Positions 38,824 through 64,000 of a stretch of 64,000 nucleotides of DNA are shown here, piece by piece. Within the stretch, counting starts at the first letter, position 1; each line of letters opens with the position of its first letter. The DNA comes from Hormiphora californensis (Eukaryota > Animalia > Ctenophora). The notes under the pieces were generated by a model. That model made no database searches. It worked only from the letters and a program-made list of their open reading frames with translations, and was not told the origin of the DNA. Made by a program: the position numbers and the translations under genes. The DNA lies in the NCBI GenBank assembly GCA_020137815.1, contig CM035356.1:3844001-3908000 (forward strand), read 5' to 3'.

Positions 38824-41755
38824 ATGTTGCTCCTCCCCCTTGTGGCGACCATCCTGGTGGTGGCTGTGAGTGGCCGGGATTTCGATAGAAGTGTGGAAAC
38901 GATTCTGGAGCGGGAAAAACATCAATTTGTAGATGATCCAGGTTTGTGTCTAGCATTTGTGTTCAGTGTTGTTTCTCCCGTCGCGGGGCACCTTGAGAGG
39001 AGATCGAGCAAGATGCATGCTATCGTAAACTTCGATAAAGAAATAAACGATATTTTATCAATTTATCCCTCGACTCCTTGTATTGTTTGTTCCCAATTTT
39101 ATCTCATTTTGCAGAGTTTGATCATGAAGCGTTTCTCGGGAAGGATATCGCTGATGATTTCGATGATCTAACAATCGAACAAAGCAAGGCAAAACTTGCT
39201 GAAATGTTGCCCAAGTAAGTGTGACAGAAACCAATCATTATTTAATCTTGATCTCATTCGTGATCAGAAACCAAATAGGTGATGGGTTGTCTCACAAAAG
39301 ACTGTCCTCACTCCTTCGGCCTGGTGCGGCTACGAGATACCGTGAAGAATTGTCTGCGAACATGAACAGTGTTACGACCACGTCGTAGGCATCGCTTTAC
39401 GCGGGCCGGGTGGCCAATGTGACGGAGCACCACTGTTACGGATCTATCATCACTCCAGAACCTCACTGTCATGTGTATTCTTATATCATTGAGTATAACT
39501 CAGTACCACACCCTCCCCCCTCAGTACCTCCCCTTCCAATACCCCCCAGTACCTCCCCCCCAGTACCTCCCCCAGTATTTACCCCCTCATTACCCCCCCC
39601 CCCTCACAGTACCACCCCACCCCCTCCAGGGTAGATACAGACAGCGATGGAGAGATAACCCCTCCAGTACCTCCAGTACATGCCCCTCCAACCCCCAACC
39701 CCTCCAGGGTAGATACAGACAGCGATGGAGAAATAACCCAGTCAGTACCCCCAGTACCAGCTCCTCAGTACCAACCCCCACCCCCTCCAGGGTAGATACA
39801 GACAGCGATGGAGAGATAACCCCTCCAACCCCCCCCCCCCTTCTAGGGTAGATACAGACAGCGATGGAGAGATAACCCAGGCAGAGCTGGAAAAGTGGAT
39901 AGCAGATCAGATCCAAGAATATATAAAGCGTGATTCTAAAACGTCATTTCCTAACGATGACACGGATATGGATGGAATGGTAACTTGGGATGAGTATGTG
40001 ACAAATACATTTGGTGAGGGATATGTGGACTTGACGGAGGGTATGGATTATTACAGGTAACTGGGCGGGGGAAAGGGGGTAGCATCTGGGTATCGGACAC
40101 CCAGTATTGTGACGGGGAGAGTGTGCAATTGTCTATCAACATGTGAGCATATATCAGTAACAGCGCTCTTAGGAGTTCAGCATACGGACACAGAGTCAGG
40201 CAACTCAAGCTCTGTTATGCATAATATAATGTGAACCTTTGGGTACCTACCTACAACAGTACGAGACAATAATTCTCACTCCTCTATCTCCCTCCCAGTT
40301 ACGTTATGCGTGACAAGGCCCGGTTTGATCTGGCTGATACTTCTGAGGATGGGACTTTGGATTTTGAGGAGTATTGTGCGTTCCTTCACCCTGAGGAATA
40401 CCCACATATGGCAGGTAGTAGTAGGGACATTAAACAGCGACTCTGTAGTCCCTGTTTGTTCAACACAATACAGTGTAGGTTGGAAGTAGTAGTTATAGAC
40501 CATGATAAGTAGGGTCTGACCGTCATCAACGCTGAAATAGGAAACAACGTGTTTCTGAATGTGATTTTTAATAATCCAGCGCAACCAGAATTAGCTTTCT
40601 ATCTTGGCCAGTGTGGGTACCTAAGTATGTATATCGTAAACATATATCACTCCACGAAATGCTGTTAAAATCCCAGTTTCACCCCACAGAGGCCGTGGTG
40701 GATGATACTTTGGATGATATGGATGAGGATGGAGATGGAAAGGTATCCCTTCTCGAATACCTCGGAGACTTTGTTGATGATGAAGATGAAAACGAGAAAG
40801 GTGGGTCAATGATTTTGGTGGAACTTTCCCTTCAAAAAGGGTGGGCGTTTGAAATGGGGCTATCACTCGTTTTATGGGGTGCCAGGGTGACATCTCAGCG
40901 CGAAATGAGCGCGCGTGTTGCGCGCGTCTTGTAATCACATGAAACCCGTGACACTGTTCAATTGATTTTGAGGGAAATCCAATCACAACGTGTCCAACAT
41001 ACGCTTGTGACGTGTCACCTTTGTATGACAAGGCTCATATCCTATGTAATGAGATGCTGCTCTCTGGGAGACGGCCAACAGAATTGAACATTTTAGTCTG
41101 TAACATGGCACATGTCTATATCAATGATCATTTATGATTGATATTTCTTGCCTTACTCGACCCTGTTACAAATGTAAAGGAGGGTTAGAACATAGAAACA
41201 TATTTCTACTTGATCCCAAGTCCCCATTTAAAAGATAAACAGGAGTATCTAACCAACTGCTATCTTCAGAGTGGATAGAGCAAGAGAAGGAGAGCTTCAT
41301 TAACGAGAAAGATAAGGATAAGGATGGGTATCTAGATCGAGATGAACTTGCTGCGTGGGTGATTCCACTTGAGAAGAATTTCAGTGGTGAGGAGGCCGCT
41401 TCTTTGATTGAGGTAAACGCTCTTGAAATCATGTATTATATCATGTGATACATCATGTAGTACATCATGTAACTACTACTAGTACAGAGCTAGAACTCTG
41501 TCTGGTGCTGTCATTATACCCCGTTTTGGTGTTGATTCTCAGATCTGGCAAGACAGCTAGAACTAGAAGCTGCAAACAGTATTCATGTGTTCTACTTTGA
41601 TGTGAAATTTACACTGTGAAATGACATCTTCTTTACAGAAAGCGGATACGAATAAAGATGGATCTCTCTCCTTCCAAGAGATAGTTGAAAATTACAGTGT
41701 TTTTGTGGGCTCACAGGCTACCGATTACGGGAGACTTCTCCACGAAGAACTTTAA
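38824..41755 (+). CDS. CREC-family multi-EF-hand ER protein (calumenin/reticulocalbin-like)
   Basis: Exons 38824-38941, 39115-39214, 39847-40056, 40299-40414, 40690-40800, 41270-41412, 41639-41755. Signal peptide, [10 protein letters not shown]-hands ([53 protein letters not shown]), [21 protein letters not shown]-terminal HEEL. Confidence 0.95.
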
Positions 41756-41875
41756 ATGACGAGTATCATTTATTAGCAAACATGCGACACAGTGAACCTG
41801 TCTGTGTGACACTGTCATAGTGACATTCTGATTCACTTTGAGTTTGGCACTGAGACTGAGAGTGAGACACCTGAC

Positions 41876-42246
41876 GGTAAGCGGTAAAGGTTGACCCGTC
41901 TCCTGAGAATTTAAAACTGTTTTGGCCATAACTCAGCCATCTCTTGACCAATTTGCAAAATCTTGGGCTCATTGGAAAGAAGACATTAAGATCTTTAAAA
42001 TGAGTTCAATAAAATGAAAATTGGCGCAAATTGCGCGGCGTAGTGGCGAAAACGCGCATTTTGCGCCATTGCGCCGCGCAAAGCCGCGCAATTTGCGCCG
42101 ATTTTGATTTTCTTGGGCTCATCTGAAAGAGCTCAATGTCTTCTTTCCAACGAGCCCAATATTTTGCAAATTGGTCAAGAAATGGCTGAGTTATGGCCAA
42201 ATAAAAATATAATTCTCAGGAGACGGGTCAACCTTTACCGCTTACC
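41876..42246. mobile_element. MITE with 9-bp TSD (Merlin- or MULE-like)
   Basis: ACACCTGAC|GGTAAGCGGTAAAGGTTGACCCG...CGGGTCAACCTTTACCGCTTACC|ACACCTGAC; arms of ~120 bp. Confidence 0.88.
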
Positions 42247-42550
42247 ACACCTGACAGTCAAGTTGACTGTGATATGAAATTGACATTCCGGAAACGCTAT
42301 ACTTTTTATGAGAATTAGAAACTTAATAATACTGTATTTTTTCACTGCTATGTATATATAATTATATGAATATTCAGAAATTAATTCGTTTAGAATTTTT
42401 TGAAACCTTGATTTGGGATTATTTTCTGTTCCAGTTCGGATGGCGCGTTAAAGTATTTAAAGCAATGCAGTTCGCTATGCGCGTGCGCGCTCTAGGTAAT
42501 AAAAATAATTCAGTTCCAGTTTTCTTCTTAAGTGGACGCGTCAAATGTTC

Positions 42551-42787
42551 GGCCAGCGTTAAAATCTGGGTGTTTTGGGAGTGCTGACAAACGGTTTTTT
42601 AGGGTTAGGGCTAAAGTAGGGTTAGGGTTTGGGTTGGGGTTAGGCCTTGACATTCCCTACCAGATAAACTTTGAATCAGCCAAAACGGTTGAGTGGTTTG
42701 GCGGTTAGAGCCATTTTAGTGAATCAACTTTTTTGGCAGCGCGCACCTGTAAACAGGCCTCCAAACACCCAGATCGTAACGGCGCCC
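42551..42787. mobile_element. Small TIR element with telomere-like (TTAGGG) internal tract and 9-bp TSD
   Basis: CAAATGTTC|GGCCAGCGTTAAAATCTGGGTGTT...AACACCCAGATCGTAACGGCGCCC|CAAATGTTC. The same end sequence occurs at 25098 (+) and 36932 (-). Confidence 0.8.
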
Positions 42788-43204
42788 CAAATGTTCTGTT
42801 CGTTTTTTAAAATAATTTTTGCTTTTTAGATTTTAAAATAAACTAGATTTGCGCCAAATACAGGAGTATAAATATAGTTTTGAGAGGTCAAGATGCGATT
42901 ATGTGTGTATTTTTGTCCTTATTTTAGCTTTAGCACGATTTTGGCGATCCCTGATTCGAGAAAACGCTCTCTGACAAGTTCAACAATGCATATGGGTGTA
43001 CTATCGCAGGAAAACTAGTCTGAAAGAATTTGTATCAGGTGCTGACCAGACATTTTTGTTGTCCAAATCCGTCTCTGATCGAGTAATACCACAACACAAA
43101 TCACAAATTATATTTTAGAGGAAAGTCATCGTCTGTAACATCAAAATTATTATGAGTGTTATTTCTAACAAATCAGTAATCTACCATTTCATCAAATATA
43201 TTGT

Positions 43205-46200
43205 TCAGAAAGGTTCGACTTTATTAGCGAATTTCTTCGTAAGAGCACAGCCACACACAGCGAGGAGAATTTGCAGGAGTATCACGCCTACTATTCCTGC
43301 ATAGATAATTGCCATTCGTTTGTTTATGAGCTGCAGGAAAGCCCCTGCACAGCCAATTCCTCGAGCTTGGACCATAGGGCATTCCTCGTCAAACTTGTCC
43401 CGGTCCTCACAGCACGACCAGGGCACCTGAAAATAGAGGAAAGTTTCCCATCCAAGCAGTGCTTTGAGCATATATGGGTACCCGTGAATGACAATGTTAT
43501 CACATCCATGTATGGGTGTCTGGAAGGGGAATTGTTACCATATATGGATGTCTGTTGTACCACCAGGTTGCCTTCCAATCTTCAGTGCTGTTCGCTCCAC
43601 AGCACTTCAGGGATAACTGTAGTTTATCCATGGCATCTGTTATAACACCCATTGAACTGGTGGGAGAGTTATACGTGGTTACACACTACACAGCAAAAAT
43701 GGCACTTCCATTCTCTACTCGATATATGCAATGGTAAACTTGATGACCGGTCAAACCCAAAATTATCTTTTTTCTAATGAATGACAAGTTGAACAAGACA
43801 GGGTACACCTACCTCTTTCCATACTGTTCAACCCCGCTTTTCTTCAGCTCCTTAGTGAGAGTCTCTGTCACAGTCTCACTCATTGCAAACGTGATAGCAA
43901 TTATCGCCAGCTATGAAATGGAGGCAAAATTCCGTTACAATATATTCAGTGATTCACAATAATTTATTATTCACCTAACTAACATAATATATATAACAAT
44001 ATATAACAATATATATAACAATATATATAACATATATATAACAATATTATTACTGATCTACAATTGTTAAAAGGAATGTTACCTCCGCTAGAAGGATGAT
44101 GGTGACAATGGTTAGATGGAGGTTAAGAAGACATTTCACTTGAAACATAGTGCTGCAGCATCCTGTAAACCCAATAACGAACAATGCACAACCAAACTAA
44201 AGGAGGGGGAACATTTGGGGTGGAAGATTAGGAAAGGAAGGTTAGGGACTCGCTAACCTTCCCTAATAGGGAGAGACCGTTAGGGAATAGTATGTCACGG
44301 TTTGATCACATACCAACATATGGTCATGTTTTTTTTTCATTGCACGTTTGACCAAAAATTTTCAGAAGAGAATTGCAAAGCAACCACATGGCTTGGATGG
44401 TTACTCATATCTGCAATAAGTGCATAAGTAACTCAGACATGTCCTCATTTTCTGCCCGGATCTTGATGAGGCAAAACATAAACTCGGATACCTAACAATA
44501 AAAGAAGAAATATACGAAGACGAGACACTCAACCTAAACAAACTCACAAAACTAATAAAGAGAAGCAACCGATTCCGCTAAGATGGGGAGGATAGGGGCT
44601 CAAACAAACCCAGCAAGACCGGAGGGGACGTAATACCCAAGGGGCCAAAACCCCTGCCCGTTAACCCAAACGGGATGTACTGGTTCGTTAAACCAGAGGG
44701 TAAGTACGCAATAAAATGAAAGTAACCTCTGTCCAAAGGCCGCTTTCATCCTGTCCAAAGCTACATCTCTTATAAAGGGAACCCCCGTTATGAGTGAAAC
44801 CCAAGACCTGTACAATAAAGTACGGGTGCAAAACCACAGCAACATGCTTTATGATCCAGAGGTCATGGAGAAGGAAGCTCCGCCTCCTGGGGAAACGACA
44901 CCTTGTGTGTGTTGTGACCTCAGGAAACGAAAGCTGACCGATCTGGGATACATATCTATGAATCTTGATCTCACCTTCGGGTTGATGATCTGGTCACGCT
45001 GGACCATGAAGCAGCCGTGGGATTGGAAGTGGGAGGCACAAACAACAACAAAATAAGTGCATAATACTTTGAACTTTACTTTAGTGAAAAAACGGTTACT
45101 CTTATTCAACGGCTCTCAGAGATACAGGCTAAAACATCAGTGCGGTTTAAAATTGCGGCACAGGGCTCTCATGTTGCTCTAGTTATGATTGAACTTTTGA
45201 AATTTCAGTAATCATTACAAATAATTTTTTGTAAAAGGATAGGCTAGGTTTCGGGGAAAAATTTACTCATATTGTGCGGCACATGGCTATTTTCTACCGC
45301 AAATCTTACTCCTAAGGTGTAAAATGAGTAAATTAATGTTTGCGTTTTTGCACATATCTTCTTTGAACATTTATGAGTATATTAAGGCGATAACTGGTAC
45401 TCTCAGTTACTCATAATGTGCGGCACAAGACCTGAAAACAAGGCTGATTTTAGCCAACAGTCAATAGAGCCGCAATTTTTGAGCAAACCGATTAAAAACA
45501 TGGTAGACACAGTAGTTATTGGTCATATGAACTGTATCCAACCACTTTGAAGACTGTTTACTCATTTAGTGCGGTGCTACAGCAGGTTAAAGATGAATGC
45601 TATTTTTAGCCGCCCCGCACAATTTGAGTAAAATTTTGTAGTTTTCTTTCGCTAAGGTGGTTCTTTATTATATTTGCAACTGTTTTGTATCATTTTACTC
45701 ATAAATCGGTACCAAAGAAGGGTGTTAAATGCAATTTTAAAAATTCAATCAATTCAACCACCTTTTACACCGCACAATATGAGTAATTCGCTTACTCCTA
45801 GCTATGGATAAGAAATATGTGCCATTTTTCTGTAATTTACGCAAAAAATTTTAACAATATTGTTTAAACTGTTTGACTGGTGCCATCTTTAGCAAAGTTG
45901 GTTCTCAGTGCCGCAATTTATGAGTAAATTCAATTTAAAGTACATAAAAGTGATTAAAAGACACTTTTACTATTAGGATTGGAATATCAACTGTTTTTTA
46001 TTAAATTAAGTGCCGCATTTTTGAGTAAATGTAACATTTGCTCATTTTTGAAAATTTTTAACGTGCAATGAAAAAAAAACATGACCATATGTTAATTGGG
46101 CAACCTTTAGGATTTGTCTCTCTTACAGTTATGAACGAGATGGGAAGAACGGAGACAAGGTTTCCTGATCCAAAAGCGCTGTCGAACACTGCAGTTTTAG

Positions 46201-48329
46201 AAACACCATACACGCCTATACCGAGAATCGCCCCTGAAAATAAGCACCGTTTTTAGGAATATTTTTTAAATTTTTACTGGCGTCAAGTTAGTTTCCGGAT
46301 CAAATAATGAAACATGAAACTTTAAAAAACTAAAGAAGATATGCAAATCAGTTTTAAAAGTAGTTACACATTGCCAGTTTACACACGATACTCATAATAT
46401 AATGATGAACGACCTTGATCACGTTGCCTTCTGAATTCCCTAAACTCGATCATTATTGAGAAATGAAAAATGATTAAAAACAACATTAACTCCAGTCTCC
46501 AGTTTTTTGTCTTCTCCGATAAGATTCATCCAAGAAAGAATGGGATTATTAATTCCAGTTAATCCTGTCAAGAGATTTGTCCTGAAACTCAAACCAAGTC
46601 CTGAATCCCTCATCCCTCTCACACATCCTCTCACACTCCCTCATCACATCCACACACCCTGACTCCACCGCCTGCCATCTCCTCAGATCAGCCACAGTCC
46701 TCTCTGGAAGCTCTACCACTCCCCCCTGGGTGGCGGTGTAAAGCCTCTTCAGATGGTGTATAGCCAGACCTAACAGGGCTGCCCTGTGTACCAGGAACAT
46801 AACACACCTTATGGGTGGGATGATGTCCGGGTAGGTACTGTCTACCTTCTCAATCACCTGCTGGAGGGTCATGTGACCTGCCCTGGTTACCATGGCAACC
46901 ATGTTCATGAATGCGGGTAGGTTGTTGGCCCGGACCATCAGATTTATACCCTCATCCAGCCGGTCTGCCTGCCTGAACAAGTGGGACCCATATCGGTGAA
47001 GGGTGAAGGAGCATCCTGGTTTTAGGTTCAGAGCAAGCTTGTAAAGCTCCTCTGCTTTCGGTTGGGCGCTCCTGTCAAACAGCATCCAAGTACTGGCAAG
47101 TCTGGATAGGTTGACAGAGTGATACCCGTCCCGTGCCTCCCACGCCTTCTTCAACATCCGTTCAATGTCTCCCCGGTACCTGTGAGCTAGGGCACTGGCA
47201 GGACCTGCATTGTGGAACGAGGATAGAATCGAGGGGAGGCAGGTGAACCTATCTGAGGCTGTCATCAACAAGCTGATCTCACTTGAAGGGACTTCCTTGT
47301 ATCGACCACGGGCTCTCCTCTCCTTTGCCAGCGCCTTTCCGTGGTAATACGCGAATAGGTGGGTATAAAAAGGGGAGGTTGAGATGCTGCTGAAACAGTT
47401 TATTGCCTCGTGGAAACTGTGTAGGGTTAGGTGATACCAACCACGGAGTGCAGTTGCAATGTCCGATTCGTGGTGGATTGGGTCATCCAAACCCTCTTGT
47501 CCCTTAGTTAACCACTCCATAGCCCACCGGGTATTAAAGAGAATGGCTCTCAGCTCGCCTGGACAATGACAAGGTAGTCCTGTGCAGACACCTCCTCCCC
47601 TCCAACCATCACCTTCTCAACTCCCTCTCCCAGCAGATCACCCACACTCAGCTGCCCTACCGCCACCTCAGCCTCCACCAGCTCAATGTTCCTCTCCACG
47701 GAGCCCTTCCTGAGTCTAAGAAGGAAGAAATCAATAACTGCTGCAAGTAGAGCCACCCCTACCTTCCTGATGATTGGATTGAGACATGGTTCCCTGAGTT
47801 CCGAGTTGACAGATTCCTCCAGTTCTTTGGTGGTGATGCTGTCCCTGAAGTGAGCAGGGAGGGGCCAGGTGAAGACGCAATTTAGGTCTGGGTTACCCTC
47901 TTTGAGCAGGTCGAGTCGGTGTTTTAGTTGGTTTATACTGTATCCCATTATTGTACTACTGTAATAATACTGCTGCAACACTAATAGTTAACTAGCAAAA
48001 ACATAGATCTGATGAGAAGTGAGCATGTGGGTTGGAGCATGAGACAGCTGTAGTAGGATGAAGTAGTTTCACTGTCACACTGATCATGCTACCTCAGTCA
48101 TCAGCAGCTCGTGTACTATCAACAAATCACTGGCATAAATCCCCTTTTTTGAAAAATGAAAATGATTTGGAACAATAATACAAATCAGAAAACAAATTAA
48201 GAAAGCTTGTGTACTAGCTACAAAGACCTTGATGATTCACAACCCAATTTCTATCTTACCTCCTGTGATGGTAAGTAGGAAGTTAAAGAGGGCGAGAAAG
48301 AACCGCAAACTGCGGAAACACCACTCCAT
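43205..48329 (-). CDS. Tetraspanin
   Basis: Exons 48329-48260, 46233-46127, 44196-44083, 43910-43813, 43656-43539, 43426-43205, all phases consistent. Motifs LRFFLALFNFL, IGFTGCCS, LQLSLKCCG, DW, VPWSCC, GC; four TM helices. Confidence 0.93.
44322..46086. mobile_element. Non-autonomous TIR element in tetraspanin intron 2
   Basis: ATAT|GGTCATGTTTTTTTTTCATTGCACGTT...AACGTGCAATGAAAAAAAAACATGACC|ATAT; repeated subterminal motif. Superfamily not assigned. Confidence 0.8.
46549..47948 (-). CDS. TPR protein resembling IFIT family; two ORFs separated by one frameshift or short intron at ~47550-47640; nested in tetraspanin intron 1
   Basis: LNCVFTWPL; GWYHLTLHSFHEAINCF; KAEELYKLALNLKPGCSFTLHRYG. Joined length ~465 codons. 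Similarity judged by eye. Confidence 0.6.
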
Positions 48330-48615
48330 AGCAGCTGTAGTAGTAGCTCAATGATACACAATGTCACAGACAAGGTGTTACATAGGCATCGTTGCTATGG
48401 GCACTAATTTAACTAAAGTTGGTGTTACAATAGACAGAAGGAGTGGGTCTCTGTTACTCTGTTACTGGAGGACTTTTGTCACTGTTGGTGCCCTAAGATC
48501 ATGTGACGAGAGATAGTATTAGAGAGTAGAGGGCACTATAGGGAGACAGAGTTAGCGAGCTAAGGGGCACGGAAGGTACATAGAACACCCTCATTTTCCT
48601 TTATCACTCCTCCTC

Positions 48616-48683
<68 letters not shown>

Positions 48684-49469
48684 CCAATCTCTGAAAGTGT
48701 CCTGGCATTAGTCAGATTACATATGCAGCCTTGATCGATATTCGATAACATATAACACACATGCACTCCTCCTATGTTAAAACCGCTCTAATCTCTGTAA
48801 CGAAAATTCAAATCATAATAATAATCAACTGATTGGCCGGGATGCAATCTAAGTAGATGATCTGATACTGTGACGTGTTAGGAGATAGAGATTAGCAAAC
48901 AGGACCAAAGCAGCACAGGGGATGAACGAGGATTGGTTGCTATGGTAACAACCAATGGAGAGCTTCAGTTGGCAACACGTGACTTGCACAGCTGTGTTCG
49001 CATTAAATACACTCACTTGGTTGCTCTCAAAAAACGTAGGGTGGCGCAGTAGGATGGCACGAGGAAAGCGAGGTTGAGTGGGAGAGACAGATATGAGCAT
49101 AGGTGAGAGAGCAGAAACAGAAGTAGAGATGGCTCAGATAGCGTCGAGTCAGTCTACTCATAGAGCTAGACGAGAAGCTCCTGAGAGAAAGGACGCAGTG
49201 AAAGAAGATCGTAAGTCTCTTCTATTCGATCTCACCTCTACTCCTCTCTTATCATATCTCGTCCTCTATCTCTGCTCTGACTATGCTCTTATCTCTCTTC
49301 GTATGTTCTCTTCTACTCCTCCTTCTATATCTCTCTCTCTCTCCCTCTCTCCATCACTAACCTGCCAGAAATGCGATCAATTTGAGAGCAAACGGAACTT
49401 GAAGGAAAATGAATATATGTACCATGAATCCACCTGGTATGAAGACTAAGTAGATAAGCTGTGAAGCAA

Positions 49470-49568
49470 CCGACACAAGTAAACAACCAATCAGAACTCG
49501 TTATTTAGGTCACGTGACTGGTTATCAGCCAATCAGGGATCAGTATTTCCTGATTCGGTCGGTCCCTG
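49470..49568. mobile_element. Short MITE-like insertion flanked by a 20-bp near-perfect direct repeat
   Basis: gtagataa(g/a)ctgtgaagcaa at 49450-49469 and 49569-49588; interior has two CCAATCAG and one GTCACGTGAC. Confidence 0.6.
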
Positions 49569-49714
49569 GTAGATAAACTGTGAAGCAATCTATTATTTGA
49601 TCTTTACAATTATTATGGTTGATATTTGTCTACTCACACTAACCCTTCCACTATGACAGTAGTTTAGCAGTTAATGGCTGGTAGATCATGACGTGATATA
49701 TTACTGATATTATC

Positions 49715-63230
<13,516 letters not shown>

Positions 63231-63745
63231 GTATGTAGGGGGCAGCATTGTTTGGGAACTGGACATGTATAAAGAGGGTCCAGTAGAGTATAGAAGAATC
63301 AAGAGACATATTATTAAGACTCAGAAAAACTAAATATCACATGACCAGGAGTCATACAGGCTATAAGATGCAAACTAACAATAGGAATATATGTCTAGCT
63401 GGACCACCTGCCCCCATTATGTCCATTATGATTCTCGTTTATAGAGCATAAATCTCTTTCTCTCTCTCGTTCCCCCTCTCTCTCTCTCTCTCTTTTTCTC
63501 TCTCCCTCTCTCTCCCTCTCACCTCTCAATGTCCCCCCTCATTGTCTGTCATAGTCACATACAATGATAACTGCTAGGGGTTAGAGAGCGAGTGATAGTT
63601 AGAGAGCGAGTGATAGTCATGCCCCAGCCATGCCTAATGTTATAGAGACATGGTCTAATCGTAGTGTTACTATACCTCATATACCCCATGCTATAAGTTA
63701 CGATATAAGGCAGAACGGGCCTACTATTATATGATTCCACACCCA

Positions 63746-64000
63746 CAGGGCTGGCTCCAGCCCGATATTCCTGGGGGGTGCAGTGGCCGAAGGCCACTGT
63801 TCCCTAATAGTAGCTTTTGCGACCGGAGCGCCCGAAGGGCGCGTAGGGAGCTCCGCCCAGGGGGGGGGTTTGGGGCGCACAGCCCCCCAACCGGGGGTCC
63901 AGGGGGCGAAGCCCCGGAAATTTTTTAACTAAATCAAGCAAATTTTAGGGTTTTTGATCATTTGTGACGTCTACTTTCTAGATTTATGAATGCTACAATG
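63746..64000. mobile_element. Left end of a hAT-like MITE related to 59473-60170, truncated by the window
   Basis: Starts CAGGGCTGGCTCCAGC; shares cgcagccccccaac.ggggtccaggggc...gccccggaaatttt with the earlier element. Confidence 0.6.

Noticed and set aside
49078-49449. 123-aa ORF with a donor-like site at ~49211
   Set aside because: Low complexity with no motif; may be a non-coding 5' exon but cannot be supported.

Overview
Eukaryotic, repeat-rich genomic DNA, most likely from a ctenophore: it contains the sequence I recall as the ctenophore trans-spliced leader (SL), ...CAAACTTTTCAACACTACTTTAAACAAATTAATTTGAG. Genes assembled by hand: the 3' part of a multi-Ig type I membrane protein (+, 1-15191), a CREC-family EF-hand protein ending HEEL (+), a tetraspanin (-) with a nested IFIT-like TPR gene in intron 1, and a mitochondrial DNAJA3/Tid1-like gene (+). 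The 12-kb DNAJA3 intron holds a 2-TM orphan gene, two F-type-lectin-like paralogs and several DNA transposons. Mobile DNA includes an intact Ty1/copia element, a non-autonomous LTR element inside a 31-bp satellite, an ORF1-only LINE inserted in a CRE-like fragment, and many fold-back or MITE elements with verifiable target-site duplications (TSDs). Most interesting signals: (1) genomic SL copies that are not SL-RNA genes, one as a head-to-head palindrome and two in the ORF1-only LINE; (2) recurrent tandem amplification of splice sites, giving decoy acceptor and donor arrays; (3) the IFIT-like gene. All coordinates were read by eye and no searches were run.
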